From positions 1 through 64,000 of the IMG/VR virus record IMGVR_UViG_3300035698_020241: a DNA stretch of 64,000 nucleotides; one strand, given 5' to 3'. A program made the position numbers and the translations under genes. This stretch comes from a virus. Shown here in pieces: positions 29,202 through 38,347 of this stretch (position 1 is its first letter; each line of letters begins with the position of its first letter). Under the pieces are notes generated by a model. It did no database searches. It saw only the letters and a program-made list of their open reading frames with translations, and had not been told where the DNA came from.

Positions 29202-29906
29202 TTAAATCATCCGATCTTTATGCATTCTGGACATATGTGTCTTAACACCTCTTGCTGATTTCAATACTTTACCACATATAAGACAAGTATTATCAACTAC
29301 TGGTTCTTCTTTGACTTTATTTACCTCTACTATATATCTATCTCCATTACCTACTGTCATACTATTTTTATATTTCACTTTATATTTATTGAAAAAAGAT
29401 TCTATATACTTTGGAGAAATTCTTGATTTCAAAACGCCTTTATGATTTTTTTCTTCTACATATAATATGTTATTATTCATTTGATGTTTTGTAGGTGGAG
29501 ATATCATAAAAAACATTCTTTCATTAGATAATAAATCCATTTTATTTAAAAATGTTTCTATGTTTTTTTCATTTGCTATATGATGTAGTATATTTAAACA
29601 TAACACAAAATCAAATTTCTTGTCAGTCTTATAATTATAAAAATTTTTTTGTAAAAAATCAACATCTTTAAATTTTAATCTATTTTTTATATCATTTGCA
29701 ATTCTCAAAGGTGTTGGACTCAAATCAATACCTAAACAATATTTTGCGCCTTCATATAATGATTGTAATGAAAAAAATCCAGTATAACATCCAATATCTA
29801 ATATAGTCTTTCCTTTTACTTTATTAGAAAGCATCCATTTGTAATCTTTCATTCTATCTGTTCCATCTATTTTTACATCATTTATATGTATTTTTTGATA
29901 ATTCAT
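29202..29906 (-). CDS. Class I SAM-dependent methyltransferase with C-terminal C2H2 zinc finger
   Basis: TILDIGCYTGFF, LGID, FDFVLCLNILHH. Tail is CLIC-x12-H-x4-H. Confidence 0.82.
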   Translation of the reverse strand: MNYQKIHINDVKIDGTDRMKDYKWMLSNKVKGKTILDIGCYTGFFSLQSLYEGAKYCLGIDLSPTPLRIANDIKNRLKFKDVDFLQKNFYNYKTDKKFDFVLCLNILHHIANEKNIETFLNKMDLLSNERMFFMISPPTKHQMNNNILYVEEKNHKGVLKSRISPKYIESFFNKYKVKYKNSMTVGNGDRYIVEVNKVKEEPVVDNTCLICGKVLKSARGVKTHMSRMHKDRMI

Positions 29907-29950
29907 ACTACTTTTCTATCTCCTTTTGTCTCTATTTTTTTATAGTTCAT
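29903..29950 (-). CDS. 15-aa micro-ORF from a 44-nt duplication of the gene junction
   Basis: MNYKKIETKGDRKVV*. ATGA overlaps at both ends. AAGGAGATAGAAAAGTA(A/G)TATGAA occurs twice, 44 nt apart. Confidence 0.5.
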   Translation of the reverse strand: MNYKKIETKGDRKVV

Positions 29951-30588
29951 ATTACTTTTCTATCTCCTTCTATCTCTATATCAAGAACAATAAAATTGTC
30001 ATTATATAATCCTAATTGTCTTATAGAAAAAGTGTCAGGTTTTAAATGTATTCCATCACTCTCAAAAACTCTCCTTATTTCTTGTTTATTTTTAGCTGAA
30101 AGTATTTCAGGTTTTTTATATAATCTTTGTATACACGCAGGATAATAAATATCAACATCACTTCCATGTGTATTAGTTTTCCATCCACCTTTTACATATT
30201 TTCCAGTATGTTTTATAACAAGCCAATCATATACTTCAGGTAAATATTTTCTACAATTATTTGTTTTATTAAAAAATTTTTTCCATTTTTCATTTCTATA
30301 TTTTTTTTCCATTTCAGCTACATCATAACAAGAACATCTTCTATTATTATATATTTTTATTCCCATATCTTTACTTAATGGAATCCACCAGATACAAGAC
30401 CCATAGTTACCTTTTAATTTTAAATTATTAGATAAAGTTAATTTTCCTTTAGGAAAAAATTGTTTTATATCTTCATGATCACCTTTTAATTCTAAATGTG
30501 GATTATATAAAATTAAATCTCCTTTAGCAAAAAATTGTTTTATATCTCCATTTATCTTTATAAGTTTTTGAGGGTCACTTTTCTGCAT
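29947..30588 (-). CDS. Hypothetical protein, possibly atypical kinase-like fold
   Basis: GIKIY, YLPEVY and a QLGLYNDNFIVLD tail loosely follow a kinase layout. DIKQFF.KG.L repeated at the N-terminus. Confidence 0.35.
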   Translation of the reverse strand: MQKSDPQKLIKINGDIKQFFAKGDLILYNPHLELKGDHEDIKQFFPKGKLTLSNNLKLKGNYGSCIWWIPLSKDMGIKIYNNRRCSCYDVAEMEKKYRNEKWKKFFNKTNNCRKYLPEVYDWLVIKHTGKYVKGGWKTNTHGSDVDIYYPACIQRLYKKPEILSAKNKQEIRRVFESDGIHLKPDTFSIRQLGLYNDNFIVLDIEIEGDRKVI

Positions 30589-31386
30589 TTATTTTTCCAC
30601 TCTAAGAAGTGTTTTAATGTCTTCATTTCTCTCTAAAATAGTCAATCCATTATTATTTGTAAATATTTCCTTTATAACCCACGAATAATTATCAAGTAAA
30701 AATTCATTTATTGCTTTCGTTAAACCAAAATCTATATCACCAAATCCAACTCTATATCCAACATCATAATCACATGTATCGAAAACCTGTCGTCTAACAA
30801 CTATAGTTGCCGCTCCAAGTGAAATTGATTCATTATATACTTTTTTAGGCCAACGATAAATAATTTGATTTTTTTTATTAATACTCCAAACATTTGAATT
30901 TGGTAAAGTTTTTATGCAAACAGCTCCTAATTCTGAACGGTCTTTCAGTAATGATATCATTAACTCTATCGCATATTTAGGCAATCGCATATCATCGTCA
31001 GTGAAGTGTATAAAAGGAGTATTCCATTTTTCCAATGCTCTATGTAATGTTTTATGCCGTGGTGGTATACTTCCTTCATTTTTATCAGTAAATACAACAT
31101 CGCTATCATAAAAATATTTCATTTTCATTTTCAGTTCATCTTGACGTTTTTTTCTAGTATTTTCCTGTGAAGTAATACACATATTTGTTGGTGTTGTTTG
31201 TTGTTTATTTATATGTTCTAAACTTTCCATAAAAATACCCCATCTAAGCCAATTTACCATAACTGTTGAATATAGTGGCTCTTTAGATTTAACAACATCA
31301 TATACCGTATCTTTGTCAAATTTATCACATTTTGATATTAATGTATTCAAGTGTGTTTCATTTACTATCATATTATATATCCCCAT
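30589..31386 (-). CDS. Chimeric truncated GT-A glycosyltransferase (recent copy of the third domain of 31368..34406 with a foreign tail)
   Basis: Near-identical protein over about 210 aa (FIHFTDDD). Diverges after GDIDFGL into TKAINEFL...FTNNNGLTILER. Confidence 0.75.
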   Translation of the reverse strand: MGIYNMIVNETHLNTLISKCDKFDKDTVYDVVKSKEPLYSTVMVNWLRWGIFMESLEHINKQQTTPTNMCITSQENTRKKRQDELKMKMKYFYDSDVVFTDKNEGSIPPRHKTLHRALEKWNTPFIHFTDDDMRLPKYAIELMISLLKDRSELGAVCIKTLPNSNVWSINKKNQIIYRWPKKVYNESISLGAATIVVRRQVFDTCDYDVGYRVGFGDIDFGLTKAINEFLLDNYSWVIKEIFTNNNGLTILERNEDIKTLLRVEK

Positions 31387-32168
31387 TTATCTTTAAATCT
31401 TTTAATACTTTCATTAACAATTTTTTTATTATGCCGTTCTTTGTTATATATCTTATTATTACTACCACTATTTTTATTTGTAGCATGAAACCCCGGAATG
31501 TCAAGCATAATCATTTTCCATCCAGCTTTATTCATTTGTAAACCAAAATCTATATCACCACATCCAATTTTATATCCCGCATCATAATCACATGTATCAA
31601 AAACTTGTCTTCTAACAACTAAAGTTGCTGATCCAAGTGAAATTGATTCATTATATACATTTTTAGGTTTATAATAATAAAGTTGATTTTTTTCATTAAT
31701 ACCCCAAACATTTGAATATGGTAAGGTTCGTATGCAAACAGCTCCTAACTCTAAATGGTCTTTCAATAATGATATCATTAACTCTATCGCATATTTAGGT
31801 AATCGCATATCATCGTCAGTGAAATGTATAAAAGGAGTATTCCATTTTTCTAATGCTCTATGTAATGTTTTATTTCGTGGTGGACCACTTCCTTCATTTT
31901 TATCAGTGAATACAACATCACTATCATAAAAATATCGCATCTTTGATTCTAATTGATTTTGATGTTTTTTACTAGTATTTTCCTGTGAAGTAATACACAT
32001 ATTTATCGGCGTTGTTTGTTGTTTGTTTATATGTTCTAATGTTTCCATAAAAATAGGCCATCTAAGCCAGTTTAACATAACTGTTGAATATAATGGTTTT
32101 TTAGATTTAATAATCTCATACACCGTATCTTTGTCAAATTTATCGCATTTTGATATTAAGGTATTCAA
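30721..32168. repeat. Direct repeat of about 630 bp (30721-31350 and 31539-32168)
   Basis: Two highly similar copies offset by 818 nt, readable by eye. Confidence 0.92.
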
Positions 32169-34406
32169 TTTTCTTTCATATTTCACATTGGATTTCTTAA
32201 ATCCTCCGTTCTTTTTATTTGTATTACCGTATATATTAATACCCCATTTATTAAAAAAATTATCAGCACTTTTTTGTGCATATTGGTTATTATATCTTAC
32301 TTTTCTATATTCTGGTGGATCTTGCGATACATCATTAACTGCTTTTAATTCATTTAGTGCTAATATTGCCCACAACCATCCGTCTTGTTTAATTTGCATA
32401 GACAGATCAGTATCTCCCCAACCCACATAATAATTTTCCCAATCATAGTCACATTTTTCAAATACTTCTGATCGCATCATTGTTGTTGCACTACCAGATG
32501 CGTCCGCATATTCAAAAGGAGGTTTAGGTTGGCTACCTCGTAACATATTTCCTGACACATTATATGATGTATATCCTGGAGAACACCAAGAAGCAACAGC
32601 ACCTAAATTCTTCTTAGATATTAACAATGACGCAAGTGCCTCTACACCACCTGGTTGATGTGTTGTATCATCATCACCAAATAATATAAATGGTGTATTA
32701 AATTCCAAAGCTTTATGTAATGTCTCCCATCTAGGTTTACCTGAACCGTGATTATGTTCTGTAAAAGATACATGTCCATTATAAAATTTATCTACAATAT
32801 TTGAAATTTCTTTTCTACCCTTTTCATCCAATCTTCTCGCACCCTGAACTCTCAATGCTATGTTAATAGGAATTCCTATGGTATCAAGAAAATGGTTTAA
32901 TGTTTTTTTTAATTTATCATAGCGTATATATGAAAGCATAACTATAGTTATCAAAGGTTCTTTCGTGTAATAAACTTCTTCTAATGCCTTTCTATCAAAT
33001 CCATCCCACATATTACATAATCTATCTATTTCTGGTTTTTTCGGACGGACATGAAACGGCGTGATCTTCATGTAAGGATCACATACATCAGTCTTGTAAT
33101 CATTAGACCGGTCACATATTCCCCAATTATTACCTATTTCTTTTATATGCTGTTTCCATTCAGGTTTATTCCATTTCAAAATTTGGCCACTTCTAACTCT
33201 TAAATCATTCGCGTCTTTTGTTCTATGAGAATGGAATAAATGATGTATTTTTGTCTGAAACCTTTTAGGAGGATATCCCATAGTATAGAATTTTGAAAGA
33301 GTTACATTATCTTCAAAACCCCACCCTTCTACCTCAAACATACCACGCATTTTATAAAACACATCTCTTTTTATAAATGTGGCGCCGCCAGCGGCACCAA
33401 ATATATTAGGTACTCGTTTTTTTACAACACGATGTTCTTCAATTTTTCCTGATTTCATATATTCTTTTGTTGCGTCCTCATTTAAAAATGGTAAAACACC
33501 CCAAGCAGCAGCAATAGGATAATCACAAGTAAACGCTTCATTAATCCAATCATTATTAACTATCAAATCAGAATCCATCAATATTAATGACTGGCCTGTT
33601 GATAATTCCTTTACACCAACATTAAATGCCCAGCCTCTATTAAATAATCCATCATACTTAGTGAATTTATAATTAAAATTCTTTACAAAATCAGAATCTA
33701 ATCCACGGATTGGACCAATTTCATGAATACATATTTCTAAATTCGGGTAATCTCTTTTATATGGCAATTTTTCTATGCATTTTTTAAATAATTCAAATCT
33801 TTCAGGATTATGCATATAAGGTATAATTATCGACACACTTCTATTTTCTGATAATATAACTTTATCAGTATCAGTTATTTTTATTAAATCTTTACGCATA
33901 TCACTATCAATATCGTTTCGTCTTCTACTAATATTAACAAATGTTTTTTGATATATATTACTCATACCTTTCACAGTCGCTTTTTGTTTCATATTATTCA
34001 CAGATACGATTTTATACATATTATCATCAATAACTTTTTGTCTTCTATTCTTACTAACATATGCGTTTTTATATATAGCCTCTGTAGCGGCTTTTTGTTT
34101 GATATTATTCTCAATAGCTTTTTGTTTCATATTATTCACAGGAGATTTATATATCGTATTATTCTCAATAGCTTGTTGTCTTCTAGTAGTATGAACAACG
34201 GCCTTTTGTTTCAAAGCCTCCACCGCTGCTTTTTGTTTAATACTATTCTCAATAGCTTGTTGTCTTCTAGTAGTATGAACAACGGCCTTTTGTTTCAAAG
34301 CCTCCACCGCTGCTTTTTGTTTAATACTATTCTCAATAGCTTTTTGTTTCATATTATCCATATGATTATTTTTTTTCATATCATTATCTGTGACTCTAAT
34401 ATCCAT
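31368..34406 (-). CDS. Multi-domain glycosyltransferase (three GT-A domains) with repetitive N-terminus
   Basis: Domain 1: SIIIPY, FNRGWAFNVG, DSD, GWGFED (GT7/GT2-like). Domain 2: FILFGDDD, GWGDTD. Domain 3: FIHFTDDD, GCGDID. Confidence 0.9.
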   Translation of the reverse strand: MDIRVTDNDMKKNNHMDNMKQKAIENSIKQKAAVEALKQKAVVHTTRRQQAIENSIKQKAAVEALKQKAVVHTTRRQQAIENNTIYKSPVNNMKQKAIENNIKQKAATEAIYKNAYVSKNRRQKVIDDNMYKIVSVNNMKQKATVKGMSNIYQKTFVNISRRRNDIDSDMRKDLIKITDTDKVILSENRSVSIIIPYMHNPERFELFKKCIEKLPYKRDYPNLEICIHEIGPIRGLDSDFVKNFNYKFTKYDGLFNRGWAFNVGVKELSTGQSLILMDSDLIVNNDWINEAFTCDYPIAAAWGVLPFLNEDATKEYMKSGKIEEHRVVKKRVPNIFGAAGGATFIKRDVFYKMRGMFEVEGWGFEDNVTLSKFYTMGYPPKRFQTKIHHLFHSHRTKDANDLRVRSGQILKWNKPEWKQHIKEIGNNWGICDRSNDYKTDVCDPYMKITPFHVRPKKPEIDRLCNMWDGFDRKALEEVYYTKEPLITIVMLSYIRYDKLKKTLNHFLDTIGIPINIALRVQGARRLDEKGRKEISNIVDKFYNGHVSFTEHNHGSGKPRWETLHKALEFNTPFILFGDDDTTHQPGGVEALASLLISKKNLGAVASWCSPGYTSYNVSGNMLRGSQPKPPFEYADASGSATTMMRSEVFEKCDYDWENYYVGWGDTDLSMQIKQDGWLWAILALNELKAVNDVSQDPPEYRKVRYNNQYAQKSADNFFNKWGINIYGNTNKKNGGFKKSNVKYERKLNTLISKCDKFDKDTVYEIIKSKKPLYSTVMLNWLRWPIFMETLEHINKQQTTPINMCITSQENTSKKHQNQLESKMRYFYDSDVVFTDKNEGSGPPRNKTLHRALEKWNTPFIHFTDDDMRLPKYAIELMISLLKDHLELGAVCIRTLPYSNVWGINEKNQLYYYKPKNVYNESISLGSATLVVRRQVFDTCDYDAGYKIGCGDIDFGLQMNKAGWKMIMLDIPGFHATNKNSGSNNKIYNKERHNKKIVNESIKRFKDKWGYII
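34161..34342 (-). repeat. Perfect 84-bp tandem repeat (two units plus partial)
   Basis: The unit encodes AIENSIKQKAAVEALKQKAVVHTTRRQQ. The same 12-mer starts at 34161, 34245 and 34329. Confidence 0.92.
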
Positions 34407-34407
34407 A

Positions 34408-35580
34408 CTACCCCCATAATACCTTAGGAATTACAAGTTTTTTTAATATTTCTTTTTGTTCTGTGCTCCATTTAGGTATAAGATTAAGAACATATTCAAC
34501 TTCTTGTTCAACGGTTCTTGTAGGTTTATAACCTAAATCAGTAAGATTTTTAGTTATATACTTATAGTAATGGTCTCCGGTATGCTCATTACGAGGTGTT
34601 GTTATGTTTACTCGTTCAACATTCTTTATACCACATTTATCTGCTGTTTTAATTACCATATTTGCTACATCATTCATTGAAAACCACTCTGATAACTGAT
34701 TCCATACTTGTGGTCTACATTTCTTTGCTGGATTCTTTACAGCCAACATCATAGCCTGTACTGAATCATTCAATGATAAAAATCCTCTTTTATGATCTCC
34801 ATCTCCATATATTGTTAACGGTACACCAAGTAAGGCTTGAATTATAAATCTATTTAACACTGTACCAAAACATTCATCTGAATTAAAATCTGAATAGATT
34901 TTTGATTTATCTATAACATCTGTATATAATCCAAATACTATTGATTGTTGAGGATCTGTACATCTTAAACCCCATGATCTTGAACAAAAATCTATAAGAT
35001 ATGTTGATCCTGTTTTACTTGAATGATATATGGATCCAGGTTTTCGTGGAAATATCTGTTCTGTGGATTGTCTACCCTTATGTTCAAATTTAAAATATCC
35101 TTCTTCAATATCTATATTTGATTGATGATCATATTCACCAGTAGTTCCTATGGTTATATAATGAATTTCAGGATCATTATTCTTTATAGCCCATAATAAG
35201 TTATTGGTTCCCATAGTATTATTTTGTAGGGTAATTTCGGCGTGTCTCCGATCTATCATAGAATATGGACCAGAGTTGATGTGTGCTAAGTTAATAATCG
35301 TAGATGGTTTCCATTTTTGGATTATTATGTTCAAATGAGAAAAATCCTCTGCAATATCTATTCTTTCAAAGATATATTTCCCCATTTTTTTATACTTCTT
35401 TGTTTTTTCTAATTGTGTTAAAGTTGGACCTGCAGGAAATGAATTCATCTCCTTTATCAAGTCAATCTTCATAAGATTATCAAGTCCGATAACCGTATAA
35501 CCCTCACTCAAAAGGGTTTGTGTAAGGGCATTTCCTATGTAACCATTACAACCACACAATACAATTGTTTTTTCATTCAT
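34408..35580 (-). CDS. sqdB: UDP-sulfoquinovose synthase (SqdB/SQD1/Agl3 family)
   Basis: GCNGYIG, SGPYSMIDRRHA..TLQNN..GT.NLLWAI, IGTTGEY, IDIEEGY, PRKPGSIYHSSK, WGLRCTD, FGTVLNRFIIQA..G.PLTIYGDG..RGFL, NPA...VWNQLSE.FS. Confidence 0.88.
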   Translation of the reverse strand: MNEKTIVLCGCNGYIGNALTQTLLSEGYTVIGLDNLMKIDLIKEMNSFPAGPTLTQLEKTKKYKKMGKYIFERIDIAEDFSHLNIIIQKWKPSTIINLAHINSGPYSMIDRRHAEITLQNNTMGTNNLLWAIKNNDPEIHYITIGTTGEYDHQSNIDIEEGYFKFEHKGRQSTEQIFPRKPGSIYHSSKTGSTYLIDFCSRSWGLRCTDPQQSIVFGLYTDVIDKSKIYSDFNSDECFGTVLNRFIIQALLGVPLTIYGDGDHKRGFLSLNDSVQAMMLAVKNPAKKCRPQVWNQLSEWFSMNDVANMVIKTADKCGIKNVERVNITTPRNEHTGDHYYKYITKNLTDLGYKPTRTVEQEVEYVLNLIPKWSTEQKEILKKLVIPKVLWG

Positions 35581-35596
35581 ACAAATTAATCTCCTA

Positions 35597-36718
35597 TTAA
35601 TATACTTTAATAAATTCTGACGAATTGCCTCCTGTTGATTTAGCTCCTTGGTACCATGTGTTTACTATATCGTCAGCTACACTTTTATGTGTATTCAAAA
35701 AGGCACCAATTTCAAGGGAATGTAATATTGATTGCCAGTAACCTACAGCATCTATCACTATACCACTTTTATCTATTACATTTTTACCTTTAATTCTCAT
35801 TTTCATATTCTTTTCAATATCAGATGAAGAAAACTTATATCCGGTTTGTTTCCATAAGTTTAAAACTAATTTTGTAAGTTTTTGAGGTCCTTCATCAACA
35901 TACTGTTTTATACGGGACTTTGGCATTTGAGGTATCTTATACTTATCAACCATTTCTTTTTTGGCAGATGATGGAACCTTACCATGTCTAGCTGCTCCGC
36001 CTTTCATGATTACCTCACCACCGATATCTGCTTGTTTACTGATTCTAAAACTTCTAAAATTTATACCTATACTTTCTTTAGTAGTTATAACCAACATACC
36101 TGTAGGATATATTGCTTTAGGTTTTCTGATAATTTTGTATCCCACTATTTCAAAGTCACCACCTGTTCCTTCATGGGTAACCTTGGCTGATTTACCAACC
36201 TTTTTTAATGATATTGGTAAAACAATTCCTCTTTTCAAACTCTTTGATATATACATATTGAGTTCCGCTAAATGTCCAAACTGTGGTAACACCTCATCAA
36301 CAGATGCCCATATATCAGCAGGGTTCCATTTATCGTTTGCTAATTTTATACCATCAACATTTTTAAGTTTATTAAATTCTGAGTAAACAAGATTCATAAA
36401 TCCTGTACCTCTATAAAAGGTATAATCACCTCTTTTTAAAAACTTTGAAGATTTTAAAGCATTTGAAGCTTTTACTACACTTTCGGCCCAATCAGGTTTT
36501 TCTTGTGCAAATTCAAATAAATCACTTTGACCTGCATCAACTTTACAATACTTATCATATGATTGACCAAAAAGTTTACCATTTAATAAGTCTTCAACTG
36601 TAATATTTTTCTTCTTTTGTGCTATACCTAACGCAACACAATGAAGTCCTTCTTGTAATCTTGTAGTATTAGACGCTTCACCAGCAACCTCATTTATATA
36701 ATCATTAAATCTACTCAT
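35597..36718 (-). CDS. Hypothetical T4-like phage protein, possible PD-(D/E)XK nuclease fold
   Basis: DKWNPADIW...PISLKK pattern. N-terminus MSRFNDYINE. Confidence 0.45.
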   Translation of the reverse strand: MSRFNDYINEVAGEASNTTRLQEGLHCVALGIAQKKKNITVEDLLNGKLFGQSYDKYCKVDAGQSDLFEFAQEKPDWAESVVKASNALKSSKFLKRGDYTFYRGTGFMNLVYSEFNKLKNVDGIKLANDKWNPADIWASVDEVLPQFGHLAELNMYISKSLKRGIVLPISLKKVGKSAKVTHEGTGGDFEIVGYKIIRKPKAIYPTGMLVITTKESIGINFRSFRISKQADIGGEVIMKGGAARHGKVPSSAKKEMVDKYKIPQMPKSRIKQYVDEGPQKLTKLVLNLWKQTGYKFSSSDIEKNMKMRIKGKNVIDKSGIVIDAVGYWQSILHSLEIGAFLNTHKSVADDIVNTWYQGAKSTGGNSSEFIKVY

Positions 36719-36733
36719 TGTTATTCTCCGTTA

Positions 36734-36991
36734 TTAACCTTCTGGCACAACAACATTTTTTCCTTCAGCTTTTTGTTTTTTATAATCATTCCAATACATT
36801 GACGAATTGCCTTCCCAATCACAGCAATCTGTTTTATTGTTATATTTTAACTCAAATCTAAATGTAGAAGGTATTTTAGTCATTATATTTCTACACTTTT
36901 GACACTTCCTTGGCCAATCACACTCTTTTACTGGTATTAATTTTTCTACTATTTCTTCACATTCATAACACACGAATTCGTATAGTGGCAT
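36734..36991 (-). CDS. FmdB-family zinc-ribbon protein
   Basis: MPLYEFVCYEC...CQKC...MTKIPS. Confidence 0.8.
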   Translation of the reverse strand: MPLYEFVCYECEEIVEKLIPVKECDWPRKCQKCRNIMTKIPSTFRFELKYNNKTDCCDWEGNSSMYWNDYKKQKAEGKNVVVPEG

Positions 36992-37035
36992 TACTTAATC
37001 TCCTTTACATATTTTTATTATATTCATTTTTATTA

Positions 37036-37902
37036 TTAAACTTCTTTTAAAAAATGTGAAAGCATTCTTAACACACCTTTTGGTTTTATATCTTTATATG
37101 TAGGAAAAGCGAAAGACTTTTCATTACCTAAATAATGTATTCCACCTTCTCTATATTGTCCTACTGATTCTCCCCATGAAAAAACAGGAGATTTCTGCAT
37201 ATTTGCTATTACTGTCCAATGTCCTAATGGACATACAACAGCTTTAGCCATTGTAATATATTTCAAAATTTTCAAATATCCATTTTCAAAATAATTTATA
37301 TCTGAAAGTATTTTATTTTCATCAGGAAAATTAGTTTTCATATCACCAATTATCATGAATCCCTTATCTTTTAAGAATTCTAATATATGATCTGTTAAAA
37401 CTAAATTTGTAGTCGTATCCGGTATAAAAATCAACTTATCTTTATATTCATCTTCCACATCACCCAAAGGTATCTTTTCAAATATCTTCTTATGTATAGG
37501 ATATGAAGGTGTTGATTTGATATATTTTAAAAAGTGTATATCAATATCCTTTTTACTACATTTTTCCTTCTCTACTATTTCTTCTTTAAACATCTTAATG
37601 ATTGTATTGAAATCTTTCTGATTTAAGGAACCATAAGTATATCCATGTTGGCCATTTTCATCCCTTGATATATGTTCACCTACAGGTATAAATTTATGTG
37701 GGAAGTTATAAAGAAAGGAACGATTCCTATGCGTACAAACATACACATTATCTATTCCAACAACTTCATGTATCCATTTAATATGAGGCTGAAAATTTAA
37801 TATCTCATTCTTAAAATCACCAATATATGGTCCTAATGCTAACACAGTTTTTTTCATACAGTTTCGTTTCACCTTTATTTTATTATCACATTTCCATTCC
37901 AT
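37036..37902 (-). CDS. Putative GT9-like glycosyltransferase
   Basis: GPYIGDFKNEILNFQPHIK; AKAVVCPLGHWTVIANMQKSPVFSWG. Confidence 0.5.
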   Translation of the reverse strand: MEWKCDNKIKVKRNCMKKTVLALGPYIGDFKNEILNFQPHIKWIHEVVGIDNVYVCTHRNRSFLYNFPHKFIPVGEHISRDENGQHGYTYGSLNQKDFNTIIKMFKEEIVEKEKCSKKDIDIHFLKYIKSTPSYPIHKKIFEKIPLGDVEDEYKDKLIFIPDTTTNLVLTDHILEFLKDKGFMIIGDMKTNFPDENKILSDINYFENGYLKILKYITMAKAVVCPLGHWTVIANMQKSPVFSWGESVGQYREGGIHYLGNEKSFAFPTYKDIKPKGVLRMLSHFLKEV

Positions 37903-38333
37903 TCATTGAGAATCATTTCCTTCTCATCGAATGTTTGTTTATCAATCATAATAACTTCCGTATTTTTTAACACATCTCTAAACATACCATCAACCAAAAT
38001 CAATGACAGTTCAACACCTTCAAAGTTTAAAAAATTTATTAATACCTTGTTATTTCTCCTGAAGAATGAAATCAACCTATCTTCAGTGGTGTTCATAATA
38101 TAATACTTCTTAGAAGTCTTTCTTAGGATGTAATTATAAGTTCTTACATCTTTCTCAATAACAAACCTATTAGTCAATGGGTATAGTGATAGAACATCCT
38201 TAATTTTGTTTTCATTTGGATTATCAAAATCTAGTTTTATCAAATGTACTCTTGGTAGACCAGTAAGTTTTTCATCGTATAAATTTTCCTCATTAACAGT
38301 AATATAATCAGATCCAATTTTAGTTATACGCAT
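37875..38333 (-). CDS. Hypothetical protein
   Basis: GGGAGG RBS; directly downstream of primase. Confidence 0.6.
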   Translation of the reverse strand: MRITKIGSDYITVNEENLYDEKLTGLPRVHLIKLDFDNPNENKIKDVLSLYPLTNRFVIEKDVRTYNYILRKTSKKYYIMNTTEDRLISFFRRNNKVLINFLNFEGVELSLILVDGMFRDVLKNTEVIMIDKQTFDEKEMILNEWNGNVIIK

Positions 38334-38347
38334 TTACATTTTCCTCC

